Shown piece after piece: positions 47,369-56,647 of a stretch of 64,000 nt of DNA. The stretch's first letter is position 1. Each line of letters starts with the position of its first letter. The DNA is taken from assembly GCA_963719225.1 (NCBI GenBank), contig CAVRAY010000001.1, positions 3,008,001-3,072,000 of the forward strand. The letters are read 5' to 3'. The DNA is from Thermoanaerobaculia bacterium (GTDB taxonomy: Bacteria; Acidobacteriota; Thermoanaerobaculia; UBA5066). The notes under the pieces are model-generated. The model saw only the letters and a list, made by a program, of their open reading frames with translations. It had not been told where the DNA came from and did no database searches. The position numbers were made by a program, and so were the translations under genes.

Positions 47369-49257
47369 CCCCGCCGCCCGAAACGTCTCTCGAGCTCCTC
47401 GTGCGCGAAAGCGAGGAGGATGGGCCGGCCGTGCGGGCACGTCCACGGGTCGCGGCAAACGGCGAGGTCCGCGAGGAGCCGTGCGGCCTCGGCCGGCGCG
47501 AGCCGGTGGTTCACCGTGATCGCGCCGCGGCAGGCGAGGGACGCGGCGAGGACTTCGCGCCGCAGCGCGGGCGACGATACTGCGCCCTCGGGCAGCGCCG
47601 CGAGGCGCGCAAGGGTGTCGCGGAGGGCGGGAACGACCGAGGACGCCGGCGTCTCGGGAGGCGTCGCCGAGACGAGGAACGTGCGGTTCGAGAGCTCGGA
47701 GACGACGAAGCCGGCTTCCGCGAGGAAATCGTCCGAGCTCGACAGGAGCGTCGCCTCGTGCGGCGTCGCCTCGAACGTCATCGGCGTCAGGAGATTCTGG
47801 GAATGGACGTCCGAGGTCTCCAGTCTCTCGAGGAATCTCTCGTATCGCACGCGCTCGTGCGCGACGTGCTGGTCGATGAGCACCAGACCTTCCTCTCCTT
47901 CGGCCACGAGGAACGAGTCGCGGTACTGGCCGAGGAGGCGGATGAGGCCGAGCGGGGAGGGAGAAAGAGGAGAAGAGATTTCTTGTGAATATGGGGAAAG
48001 AGAAGAAAGAGAAGAGGAGATTTCTTCTGAATAGGAAGAGGGGGAAGGGCCGGGCGCGATCGCGTCGAGCAGCGCCTGCGTGTCGGCACGGTCCCGCCCC
48101 GCGCCCCAGCCGCCCGCGCCGTAGCGAGCCGTCCCCTCGCCGACCTCAGACGCGCCCCGCCAGCCTATTCCCCCTTCTAAGAAGTCTCTCTCTCCTCTTT
48201 CTCTATCGCCTTCTCTTCTTCCTCCGATGCCCTCGAACGCCTCCCCCTCCACCGACACCGCGCGTTTCCCGCCCGTCAGCGCCTGAACGAGGCCGCGGTG
48301 GACGAGCGCGTGCACGGTGCCCGAGTCGCGGAACCGGACCTCGAGCTTCTGCGGGTGAACGTTCACGTCGCAGAGCTCCGGGGCGCAGGCGAGAAACAGC
48401 GCGAAGCCCGCATGGCGATCCGAGCGCAGCACCTCGCGCGTCGCGAGGCCGACCGCGTGCGCCACGGTCGCGTCCCGTATGGCGCGGCCGTTCACGAAGA
48501 ACCATTGGTGCGCCCGCGACGGGAACGTCGTGTCCGGCCGCGTGACGGCGCCCGTGAGCGTCATCCCGTTGAAGGCGAAGTCCACCTCGCGCGGGGGCGC
48601 GGGCGAGGCGAGGCCGAGGACTTCGCGAAACCGCGACGCGATTCCGGCCGCGGGAGGCAGATCGAGGAGGAGCCGGCTTCCCGCGCCGAGCGCGAAGGAC
48701 ACGTCCGGCCGCGACAGCGCGAGCGTCGTGACGGCCTTCACGACCGCCCGGAGCTCGGCGTCGGCGCTCTTCAGGAACTTGCGCCGCGCCGGGACGTTGC
48801 CGAAGAGGTCCTCGACGACGACGCGCGTACCTCTCGGGTGCCGTGCGGGCGAGACTTGCACGGGCGCGCCCCGTTCGGCGACGACCTCGGTCCCGAGGCC
48901 GGAGTCGTCCGGCGACGTCGTGAGGACGAGGCGCGAGACGGAAGCGATCGAGGGAAGGGCCTCTCCTCGAAAGCCCATGGTGCCGATCGAGGTCAGATCC
49001 TGGAACGTGCGGATCTTCGAAGTCGCATGCCGCTCGAGGGCGAGCCGCGCGTCCCCGGCGGACATGCCGGAGCCGTCGTCCAGGACCTCGATCCGCGTGA
49101 TCCCCCCGCCTTCGACGTCCACGCGGACGCGCCGCGCTCCGGCATCGAGCGCGTTCTCCACGAGCTCCTTGACAGCGGACGCCGGACGCTCCACGACCTC
49201 GCCCGCGGCGATCTGGTCGACGAGCGTGTCGGGAAGAACGCGAACGGGTCCGCCCAC
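47365..49257 (-). CDS. mutL: DNA mismatch repair endonuclease MutL
   Basis: IAAGEVVERP, KELVEN, HATSK, GFRGEAL, DQHVAHER, CPHGRP. Confidence 0.96.
   Translation of the reverse strand: MGGPVRVLPDTLVDQIAAGEVVERPASAVKELVENALDAGARRVRVDVEGGGITRIEVLDDGSGMSAGDARLALERHATSKIRTFQDLTSIGTMGFRGEALPSIASVSRLVLTTSPDDSGLGTEVVAERGAPVQVSPARHPRGTRVVVEDLFGNVPARRKFLKSADAELRAVVKAVTTLALSRPDVSFALGAGSRLLLDLPPAAGIASRFREVLGLASPAPPREVDFAFNGMTLTGAVTRPDTTFPSRAHQWFFVNGRAIRDATVAHAVGLATREVLRSDRHAGFALFLACAPELCDVNVHPQKLEVRFRDSGTVHALVHRGLVQALTGGKRAVSVEGEAFEGIGGRREGDRERGERDFLEGGIGWRGASEVGEGTARYGAGGWGAGRDRADTQALLDAIAPGPSPSSYSEEISSSLSSLSPYSQEISSPLSPSPLGLIRLLGQYRDSFLVAEGEEGLVLIDQHVAHERVRYERFLERLETSDVHSQNLLTPMTFEATPHEATLLSSSDDFLAEAGFVVSELSNRTFLVSATPPETPASSVVPALRDTLARLAALPEGAVSSPALRREVLAASLACRGAITVNHRLAPAEAARLLADLAVCRDPWTCPHGRPILLAFAHEELERRFGRRG
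47955..48225. repeat. Dispersed element copies inside the mutL linker
   Basis: Two degenerate forward copies (47980, 48022; 42-bp period) and reverse TTCTAAGAA 48175-48183 + long TC tract. Confidence 0.8.
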
Positions 49258-49292
49258 GCCGGGGATGTTATCGGCTTCGGGGCAGGTCGCGT

Positions 49293-50687
49293 TCAGCGCT
49301 CCGCCATCGCCTTCTCCACGTCCGCGATCTCCCGCGGAGCCGAGCACGAGAGGCACTCCGGCCCTGTTTCGGTGACGAGGATGTCGTCTTCGATCCGAAC
49401 GCCGATGTTCCACCACTTCGGGTCGACGCCCTCGCTCTTCTCGCGGACGTAGATGCCAGGCTCCACGGTGAGGACCATTCCGGGACGTAGCGTCGCGTTC
49501 GCCGAGAAGTAGCGCGTCCAGCGGTCCGTCGGATCCCCACTCTCGTAGCTCCCCGCGTCGTGGACGTCGAGGCCGAGCCAGTGCGACGTGCCGTGCGGAA
49601 AGAACGCGATGAACGAACGTGACCGTTTCACCTCTTCAAGCGTGCCCTTGAGGAGACCGAGCTTCACGAGCCCGTCCACGATGACCTCGTACGAGGCGTC
49701 GTGGACGTCGTGGTACTTCGCTCCGGGCACCGCCTTCGCGATACCTGCCTTCTGCGCCGCGAGGACGATCGCGTAGAGAGAGCGCTGCTCGGGAGAGAAC
49801 GTGCCGTTCACGGGATAACTGCGGGTCACGTCCGCGGCGTAGAGCCCGTACTCGCACGCCGTGTCGTTGACGATCATCTCGCCGGCGAGCATCGTGCGGC
49901 TCGCGTCGGCGTAATGGAGGACGACCGAGTTCGCGCCCGACCCCACGATCGGCGCGTAGGCCATGCGCGCGGAGCCTCCCGCGAGGCAGCGCTCGACCAT
50001 GGCGGCCTTGAGGGCGCCCTCGTTCACGCCGGGGCGCGTGCGCGCCATCGCGGCGAGGTGCGCCTCGCCCGAGAGCCTTGCCGCTTCGCGCATGATCGCG
50101 ATCTCCGTCGCGTCCTTCACGAGGCGCATCTGCCCGAGGAGCGGCGTGACGTCGAGCGCCGGAAGCGGCTCGGTGCCGGTCTCCACGAGCGTCTGCCAGG
50201 TGGAGACGATCTTCTCGCGGAACTCCCTGTCGTGCGCATCGGCGTAATAGAGAGCCTTCGCCCCCGCGAGAAGCGCCCGGGATTCCTTCTGGAAGTCGGC
50301 GACCGGGCGGGCAGCGTCCGCCCGAAACTCCTTCGCGCCTTCGACGCCCGCGCGGCGTCCCGTCCACTGCTCCTCCGCCCAGTTCTTCGGCATGAGGAAG
50401 AGCGTGTAGCGTTTTCCCTCAGCCGCGCCCGGCCGGAAGACCGCGACCGCATCCGGCTCGGAAAAGCCCGTGAGATACCAGAAATTCGAATCCGGCCGGT
50501 AGGCATCGAGGTGATTGCCGGCGTGCTCCGCCGGGGCACGCAGCACCACGACCGCGTCCTTCGGAAGCTTTGCTGCGAGGGCCGTGCGGTGCGCGGCGAA
50601 CCAGTCCGGACCGGGCGCGGGCGGCCCGGCCACGGCGAGCGCGGACGAGCAAACGGCAAGAACGACGAGAAACGTCGGGACGCGCAT
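49293..50687 (-). CDS. pepP: Xaa-Pro aminopeptidase with signal peptide
   Basis: FWYLTGFSEPD, LHY, D.TR, HWLGLDVHD, TVEPGIY, GVRIEDD. Confidence 0.9.
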   Translation of the reverse strand: MRVPTFLVVLAVCSSALAVAGPPAPGPDWFAAHRTALAAKLPKDAVVVLRAPAEHAGNHLDAYRPDSNFWYLTGFSEPDAVAVFRPGAAEGKRYTLFLMPKNWAEEQWTGRRAGVEGAKEFRADAARPVADFQKESRALLAGAKALYYADAHDREFREKIVSTWQTLVETGTEPLPALDVTPLLGQMRLVKDATEIAIMREAARLSGEAHLAAMARTRPGVNEGALKAAMVERCLAGGSARMAYAPIVGSGANSVVLHYADASRTMLAGEMIVNDTACEYGLYAADVTRSYPVNGTFSPEQRSLYAIVLAAQKAGIAKAVPGAKYHDVHDASYEVIVDGLVKLGLLKGTLEEVKRSRSFIAFFPHGTSHWLGLDVHDAGSYESGDPTDRWTRYFSANATLRPGMVLTVEPGIYVREKSEGVDPKWWNIGVRIEDDILVTETGPECLSCSAPREIADVEKAMAER

Positions 50688-50737
50688 GAGACCTCCGAGG
50701 AGGGCAGTGTAAGGGCGGAGGACACTCCGTGGAGCCC

Positions 50738-50780
50738 TTGACGGCCGCCGCGTCGATATGTACCGTATTCCTGTACAGGA
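50738..50780 (+). promoter_or_regulatory. yefM-yoeB promoter/operator
   Basis: TTGACG(50738)-17 bp-TACCGT(50761); perfect palindrome TCCTGTACAGGA (50769-50780) and TGTACC half-site at 50759. Confidence 0.65.
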
Positions 50781-50789
50781 GGACCGAGC

Positions 50790-51080
50790 GTGCCGACCAG
50801 CGAAACGACCTACACCTACGCGCGAGCGAACTTCGCCGCAATCTGCGACGCCGTCGCTTCGTCCCGGGAAGCGGTCGTCATCCGGCGCCGCGGTGCCCAC
50901 GACGTTGCGCTCGTCGCCGCCGACGAGCTGCGGAGCCTCATGGAAACGGCACATCTCCTGAGGTCCCCGAAGAACGCCGAGCGACTTCTGCGCGCACTGG
51001 GTCGCGCTCGGCGTCGAAGAGGCTCGCCGCGATCGGTCGTACACCTCCGCCGGGAACTGGGACTTGGCGGCGCCCGCTGA
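50790..51080 (+). CDS. yefM: Phd/YefM antitoxin
   Basis: YTYARANF, V.I.RR, SLMETAHLLRSPKNAERL. Confidence 0.9.
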   Translation: MPTSETTYTYARANFAAICDAVASSREAVVIRRRGAHDVALVAADELRSLMETAHLLRSPKNAERLLRALGRARRRRGSPRSVVHLRRELGLGGAR

Positions 51081-51360
51081 CGCGGGCTTACTCCCGAAGG
51101 GACGCCGCGAAGCTGTCTCCCAGAAGGAGTTCCTGGAAGACCTCAGGTTCTGGGTCGACACGAACCGACGCGTTGCACTCCGGGCGCTCGATCTCGTCGA
51201 GGCGATCTTGCGCGAGCCCTTTCAAGGCCTCGGGAAGCCCGAGCCGCTGAAGTACCTCGGCCCCGGAATCTGGTCGCGCCGACTCACGGAGGAGCACCGC
51301 GTCGTCTACCTGGTCCGCCACGGCCGAGTCGATTTCCTCCAGGCGCGTTATCACTACTGA
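51064..51360 (+). CDS. yoeB: Txe/YoeB mRNA interferase toxin
   Basis: PFQGLGKPEPLK, WSRRLTEEHRVVY, ARYHY. Confidence 0.93.
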   Translation: MAAPADAGLLPKGRREAVSQKEFLEDLRFWVDTNRRVALRALDLVEAILREPFQGLGKPEPLKYLGPGIWSRRLTEEHRVVYLVRHGRVDFLQARYHY

Positions 51361-51376
51361 TCGGATAATCTGCGGC

Positions 51377-52420
51377 ATGAAAAGAGCTCTACGCTTCCTC
51401 CTCCTCGGCGCGTTCGCCTTCGCCGGCGCGGCGCGGGGCGAGACGCCCCTCACCGTCGGCACCATCGCCGCGAAGCCAGGAGAGAAAGTCTCCGGATGGC
51501 TCGACGTGCCGGCCGGCGTCGACGCGGGCACGAAGATCCCCGTGAGCGTGGTGAACGGGTCGAAGCCGGGCCCGGTCCTCGCGCTCGTGGCGGGCACGCA
51601 CGGGTCCGAGTACACCTCGATCCTGGCCCTGCAGCGCGTCCTCGCCCGTCTCGACCCCGCCGCGATGTCCGGCGCGGTGATCCTCGTCCACATGGCCTGT
51701 CCGCCCACGTTCTACGGCCGGCGCATCTATTACGGCCCCGACGGCAAGAACCTGAATCGGATGTACCCGGGGAATCCGAACGGCACCGTCAGCGAGCGCA
51801 TCGCCCATGTCCTCACGCGCGACGTCATCGATAAGTGCACGCATCTCGTCGATCTGCACTGCGGGGACGGCAACGAGTCTCTCCGCCCTTACAGCTACTG
51901 GATGACGTCGGGAAACGACGCGGTCGACAGGGTTTCACGCGAGATGAACCTGGCTTTCGGGCTGGACCACGTCGTGATCGACAACCAGCGCTCGCTCGAC
52001 GCGAAGAAGAGCGTCTACACGGCGATGACGGCCATCCTCCGCGGGAAGCCGGCCATCACGACGGAGTCGGGAGGGATGGGGCAGACGGACGAAGCCTCGG
52101 TGCGGGCGCAGGAGGCCGGCGCCATGGGCGTCATCGGCTTCCTGAAGATCCTCGCGCGGCCGGTCCCTCTCGCGAAGCCGGTCTGGATCGATCGGTCGGA
52201 AGTCGTGCGGACGCCGGTGACCGGAATCTTTTTCCCGGCCGTCGAGAAGATGCAGAACGTCGCGTCCGGCGCCCTCCTCGGCCGGGTGACCGATCCCTTC
52301 GGGAAGGTCCTGCACGAAGCGCGGGCGCCCTTCGCCGGAGAGATTCTCTACGTGCTCGGAACGCCGCCCGTCAACGAGGGCGAGCCCCTCCTCTTCGTCG
52401 GGCACGTCGCGAGCGAATAG
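51377..52420 (+). CDS. Exported M14-like succinylglutamate desuccinylase/aspartoacylase family protein
   Basis: GTHGSE, NLNR.YPG, DLHCG, C-terminal lipoyl-like domain. Confidence 0.85.
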   Translation: MKRALRFLLLGAFAFAGAARGETPLTVGTIAAKPGEKVSGWLDVPAGVDAGTKIPVSVVNGSKPGPVLALVAGTHGSEYTSILALQRVLARLDPAAMSGAVILVHMACPPTFYGRRIYYGPDGKNLNRMYPGNPNGTVSERIAHVLTRDVIDKCTHLVDLHCGDGNESLRPYSYWMTSGNDAVDRVSREMNLAFGLDHVVIDNQRSLDAKKSVYTAMTAILRGKPAITTESGGMGQTDEASVRAQEAGAMGVIGFLKILARPVPLAKPVWIDRSEVVRTPVTGIFFPAVEKMQNVASGALLGRVTDPFGKVLHEARAPFAGEILYVLGTPPVNEGEPLLFVGHVASE

Positions 52421-52433
52421 CCCCTTTCTTCCT

Positions 52434-53789
52434 TCAGAGGCTGCGATGCCGGAACGGACGGGCGTCTTTCCCGCTGTACGTCTCCACGACCTGGCCGCTG
52501 CCCCTCAGGAGGTACTTGTACGTCACGAGCCCGTCGAGGCCCACGGGGCCGCGGGCATGAATCCGGCTCGTCGAGATGCCGACTTCCGCTCCGAAGCCGT
52601 AGCGGAAGCCGTCGGCGAAACGCGTGGAGGCGTTGTGGAAGACGCCGGCCGCGTCGACACGAGAGAGAAACGCCTCGGCGGCGGCCGCGTCGGCCGTGAC
52701 GATGGCCTCCGTGTGGTGCGAGCCGTATCCGTTCACGTGCTCCACGGCCTCGTCTAGCGACTCCACGAGCTTGACGGACAGGGTCGGCCCGCCGTACTCC
52801 GAGCGCCAGTCGTCCTCGGAGGCTGAAGCGAGATCGAGAGCGGAGGCGAGAGCCCGCGTCTTCGCGCACGCGCGGATCTCGATCCCTGCCTGAACGAGCC
52901 GAGTCAGCAAGGGGACGAGGAAACGCTCCGCCGCGTCCCGGTGGACGAGGAGAGTTTCGGCCGCATTGCACGCCGCCGGGTACTGGAGCTTGCTGTCGAG
53001 GACGATCGCCTGCGCCATCGCTTCGTCCGCCGCGCGATCCACGTAGACGTGGCAGACCCCTTCCGCATGGCCGAGAACCGGGATGCGCGTATGCGCCTGG
53101 ACGTGCCGGACGAGATCGTATCCGCCGCGCGGGATGACGAGGTCGATGTGCTCGTCGAGCGCGAGGAGCGCGTCGACCTCGGCGCGCCCGGCCACGGACG
53201 TGAGCGCGCCGTCCGGGATGTCGGGGAAGGACGCGAGGGCCATCGTGAAGACGTCGAGGATTGCCGCCGTGGACCGAACGGACTCGCGTCCGCCCTTGAG
53301 GATCGCCGCGTTGCCCGACTTGAGCGCCAGCGACCCGATCTGCGCCACCGCGTCGGGACGCGACTCGAAGATCACCAGGAGGACGCCCAGCGGACACGTC
53401 ACCTTCTCCAGGACGAGGCCGTCGTCGAGGAGCGTTCTGGAAAGGACGCGCCCGGAGGGGTCCGAGAGCGCGGCGACGGCACGGACGCCGGCGGCCATTC
53501 CGTACACCTTGGTCTCGTCGAGCTTCAGGCGTTCGAGGGCCGAGGGCGCGAGAGGATTTTCTTTGAAGGTGGTGCGGGCGGCGTCCATGTCCTCGGCGTT
53601 TGCGCTCAGGATGGCTCCGCTGAATCGCTCCAACCCGTCCGCCACCTTTCGAAGAAAATCATTCTTTTCGTCCGCCGGCACGGCAGCCAGCTTTCTCGCC
53701 GCCTCTCGGGCTCGCGTCGCGATTCCGACCGGTCCCATATTCCCTTCTAAGAAATCTCTCTCTTCCTCTTTCTCTCCCTCTTTCGTCAT
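52434..53789 (-). CDS. proA: Glutamate-5-semialdehyde dehydrogenase
   Basis: IFESRP, LKGG.E, PRGG, ACNA.ET, GSHHTE, NASTRFADG, HARGPVG; alternative ATG at 53738. Confidence 0.96.
   Translation of the reverse strand: MTKEGEKEEERDFLEGNMGPVGIATRAREAARKLAAVPADEKNDFLRKVADGLERFSGAILSANAEDMDAARTTFKENPLAPSALERLKLDETKVYGMAAGVRAVAALSDPSGRVLSRTLLDDGLVLEKVTCPLGVLLVIFESRPDAVAQIGSLALKSGNAAILKGGRESVRSTAAILDVFTMALASFPDIPDGALTSVAGRAEVDALLALDEHIDLVIPRGGYDLVRHVQAHTRIPVLGHAEGVCHVYVDRAADEAMAQAIVLDSKLQYPAACNAAETLLVHRDAAERFLVPLLTRLVQAGIEIRACAKTRALASALDLASASEDDWRSEYGGPTLSVKLVESLDEAVEHVNGYGSHHTEAIVTADAAAAEAFLSRVDAAGVFHNASTRFADGFRYGFGAEVGISTSRIHARGPVGLDGLVTYKYLLRGSGQVVETYSGKDARPFRHRSL
53551..53783. repeat. Dispersed element copies in the proA 5' region
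   Basis: Cores 53559 (forward), 53648 and 53745 (reverse). Confidence 0.8.
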
Positions 53790-54634
53790 CGATCTCTCGT
53801 CCCGGCCTTCGGACCGAAGACGGTGCCGACCGCCTCTCCCGCGAAGAGACGATCGAGGACGCCGGGCGTCCTGCCGTTCGCGATGACCGCGACGCCGCCG
53901 GAGCCCGTCGCGATCCGCGCCGCGTCCAGCTTCGAGGTCATGCCGCCGCGGCCCCGGCCGCTTCCGCCGTCGGCATGCCGGACGATCTCCTCCGTGATCT
54001 CCTTCACGAACGGGATGAGCATGGCCGATCGGTCGTGCGCCGGGTTGCCCGTGAAGAGGCCGTCCACGTCGGAGAGGATGACGAGGACGTCCGCCCGGAC
54101 CTTGCTCATGACGAGCGCCGAAAGCCGGTCGTTGTCTCCGAACAGGCCGCGCGCACCCTTGCCGTCGGGCGACTCCAGTTCCAGCGTCGAGACCGTGTCG
54201 TTCTCGTTCAGGATCGGGACGGCATCCAGCTCGAAGAGCTTCTCGAGCGTCGCCGAGAGGTTCTGGAAGCGCGTCCGGTCGGTGAAGTCGTCCTCGGTGA
54301 GGAGGACCTGAGCGGTGAGAAGGCCCATCTTCTCGAACCCCTCTTCGTACACGGACATCAGCCGGCTCTGCCCGATGGCGGCGCACGCCTGCTTGAGCGT
54401 GAGAGAGCCCGGCTTCTTCTCCAGGCGCAGGCGCTGTGCCCCGAGTCCCACCGCGCCCGAAGAGACGATCAGGACGTGCCGCCCCTGCTTCTTCAGGCTC
54501 CCGACGGACTCGATGAGCCCGTAGAGGCGTCCCAGCGCCACCGCGCCGTCGTCGCGCATGATCACGTTCGTCCCGGCCTTGACCACGATCCGCCTCGCGG
54601 CGGCCACGCGCTGCCGGATCCGCGCCTCGTCCAT
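53786..54634 (-). CDS. proB: Glutamate 5-kinase (no PUA domain)
   Basis: VVK.G, VSSGAV, GQ..LM, NENDTV, GDNDRLSA, GGM.SK. Confidence 0.94.
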   Translation of the reverse strand: MDEARIRQRVAAARRIVVKAGTNVIMRDDGAVALGRLYGLIESVGSLKKQGRHVLIVSSGAVGLGAQRLRLEKKPGSLTLKQACAAIGQSRLMSVYEEGFEKMGLLTAQVLLTEDDFTDRTRFQNLSATLEKLFELDAVPILNENDTVSTLELESPDGKGARGLFGDNDRLSALVMSKVRADVLVILSDVDGLFTGNPAHDRSAMLIPFVKEITEEIVRHADGGSGRGRGGMTSKLDAARIATGSGGVAVIANGRTPGVLDRLFAGEAVGTVFGPKAGTRDR

Positions 54635-54738
54635 CCGGGGATTGTAGGGGCCGGGAGGGGGGCCAAAGCCCGGATCCGGACCGGGGAATCAGCGAACTTT
54701 TGCGGCTCGCATCCGTATATGCGGACGAGAGGTCCTGC

Positions 54739-55959
54739 ATGTCCAAGAAACTCAAATGGATCCTGACGTCCGCCGGGGTCGTCCTGCTCGCGGGCGGGGG
54801 GGTCGTCTTCGCCTCGCGCGGCAAGGACAAGGCCAAAGGGCCCGACCAGCCGCCGTTCCGGATCGGGAAAGTCCAGGCCGAAGACCTCCAGGTGAGCGTG
54901 CGCGAAGTCGGGGTCGTCGATCCGGAGACGAAGGTCGACGTCAAGTCCGCCGTTTCGGGGCGGGTCGTCTCCCTGAAGGTCCGCGACGGCGCCGTCGTGA
55001 AGTCCGGCGACATCCTGGCCGAGGTCGAGCCCGACGTCACCCAGGCACAGTCGCTTTCCGACGTGAGAGCCGGAGTCACCCAGGCCGAGGTCGGCCTCAA
55101 GGACACGGAGCGCCAGCTGCGCTCGCAGGAGCGGCTCTTCAAGGACGGCCTCATCGGAGGCGAGACGCTGAAGGACTACGTCACGAAACGCGATCTCGCG
55201 GCCGAGAACCTCAAGGCCGCGCGCCAGCGCTACGAGATCGTCGAGGGCCACGGCATCCCGATCGGGGGCGACGCCGTCACGCAGCGCGCGCGCGTCACCG
55301 CCCCGATGTCCGGCGTCGTCATCACGAAAGGCGTCGAGCTCGGGGAGACCGTGACCTCGGGCGTGTCGTCCTTCAACGCGGGCACCGTCCTCTTCACGGT
55401 CGCGGACCTCAAGACGCTCCTCATCAAGGTGAATCTCAACGAGGTCGACATCGCGAAGGTGAAGGTCGGCCAGCCCGTCCGCATCACGCTCGACGCGTAT
55501 CCCCAGAAGACGTTCACCGGCAAGGTCCGGTTCGTCGCGCCCGCCGCGAAGCTCCTCGACAAGATCAAGGTCTTCCCCGTCGAGATCGCGCTCGACGAGC
55601 TCGGCGACGCCTACCGCACGGGCATGAGCGCGAACGTCGAGATCCTCGGCGAGAAAAAGGACAAGGCCGTCTCGATCCCGCTCGAGGCGCTCCAGCGCCG
55701 CGAAGGCAAGACCGTCGTCTACCGCCTCAAGGAAGGCCTCGCCCCGAAGCAGATCGCCGCCGCCAAGGAAGGCCTCGGCGGCCGCGGCAAGTACATCTGG
55801 CTCTCCGACCACTGGAAGGACTATTACGAGGTCGTTCCCGTGACGGCCGGCATCGCGACGCTCGAGCGCGTCGAGATCGTCTCCGGCCTCAAGGGCACCG
55901 AGCAGGTCGCCCTCGAGGACCCGACGAAGAAAAAGGTCGAGAAGGACGATGACAACTGA
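54739..55959 (+). CDS. Efflux periplasmic adaptor (MacA-like)
   Basis: N-terminal TM, lipoyl halves (VSGRV..L.V..G..VK.G; APMSGVV), EVDIAKVKVGQ. Confidence 0.88.
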   Translation: MSKKLKWILTSAGVVLLAGGGVVFASRGKDKAKGPDQPPFRIGKVQAEDLQVSVREVGVVDPETKVDVKSAVSGRVVSLKVRDGAVVKSGDILAEVEPDVTQAQSLSDVRAGVTQAEVGLKDTERQLRSQERLFKDGLIGGETLKDYVTKRDLAAENLKAARQRYEIVEGHGIPIGGDAVTQRARVTAPMSGVVITKGVELGETVTSGVSSFNAGTVLFTVADLKTLLIKVNLNEVDIAKVKVGQPVRITLDAYPQKTFTGKVRFVAPAAKLLDKIKVFPVEIALDELGDAYRTGMSANVEILGEKKDKAVSIPLEALQRREGKTVVYRLKEGLAPKQIAAAKEGLGGRGKYIWLSDHWKDYYEVVPVTAGIATLERVEIVSGLKGTEQVALEDPTKKKVEKDDDN

Positions 55960-56647
55960 GCGCTCGATCATCGAGACCGTCGGCCTGACGAAGGTCTTCG
56001 GAGCGAACGGCATGGCCGTCCACGCGCTCCGCGGGATCGACCTCACGGTCGCGCGCGGCGAGTTCGTGGCCCTGGTCGGACCGTCGGGCTCGGGCAAGTC
56101 GACGCTCATGGCGATCATCGGCTGTCTCGACTCGCCGACCGCAGGCTCGTATGCCCTCGACGGCGTGCCCGTCCAGGGCCTTTCGGGCACGGCCCTCGCA
56201 CGCATCCGGAACCAGAAGATCGGCTTCGTCTTCCAGAGCTATAACCTCCTCCCCAAGGCCACGGCCCTCCGCAACGTCGAGCTGCCGCTCCTCTACGCGG
56301 GCGTCTCGCGCAAGGAGCGCCGCCGCCGCGCGCTGGAGATGCTCGAGCGGGTCGGGATCCCCGAGAAGGCGGGAGTTCTGCCGGCGCAGCTCTCGGGCGG
56401 CCAGCGGCAACGCGTCGCGATCGCGCGGGCCCTCGCGAACAACCCCGCGCTCCTCCTCGCGGACGAGCCGACGGGCGCCCTCGACTCCAAGACGGGCGGG
56501 GAGGTCCTCGACCTCTTCAAGGAGCTGCACCGGCAGGGAAACTCCGTGATGCTCGTGACGCACGACCCGCACATCGCGTCCCTCGCCGAGCGGCGGGTCG
56601 AGCTGTGCGACGGGCTCATCGTCGCCCCAGAGCAGAAGGCGGCCTGA
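55949..56647 (+). CDS. ABC transporter ATP-binding protein (MacB/LolD-like)
   Basis: GPSGSGKST, LSGGQRQR, LLADEPTGALD, VTHD. Confidence 0.95.
   Translation: MTTERSIIETVGLTKVFGANGMAVHALRGIDLTVARGEFVALVGPSGSGKSTLMAIIGCLDSPTAGSYALDGVPVQGLSGTALARIRNQKIGFVFQSYNLLPKATALRNVELPLLYAGVSRKERRRRALEMLERVGIPEKAGVLPAQLSGGQRQRVAIARALANNPALLLADEPTGALDSKTGGEVLDLFKELHRQGNSVMLVTHDPHIASLAERRVELCDGLIVAPEQKAA

Noticed and set aside
53786-54634. Short proB as a truncated pseudogene
   Set aside because: PUA-less glutamate 5-kinases are common; all kinase motifs are present and it is coupled to proA
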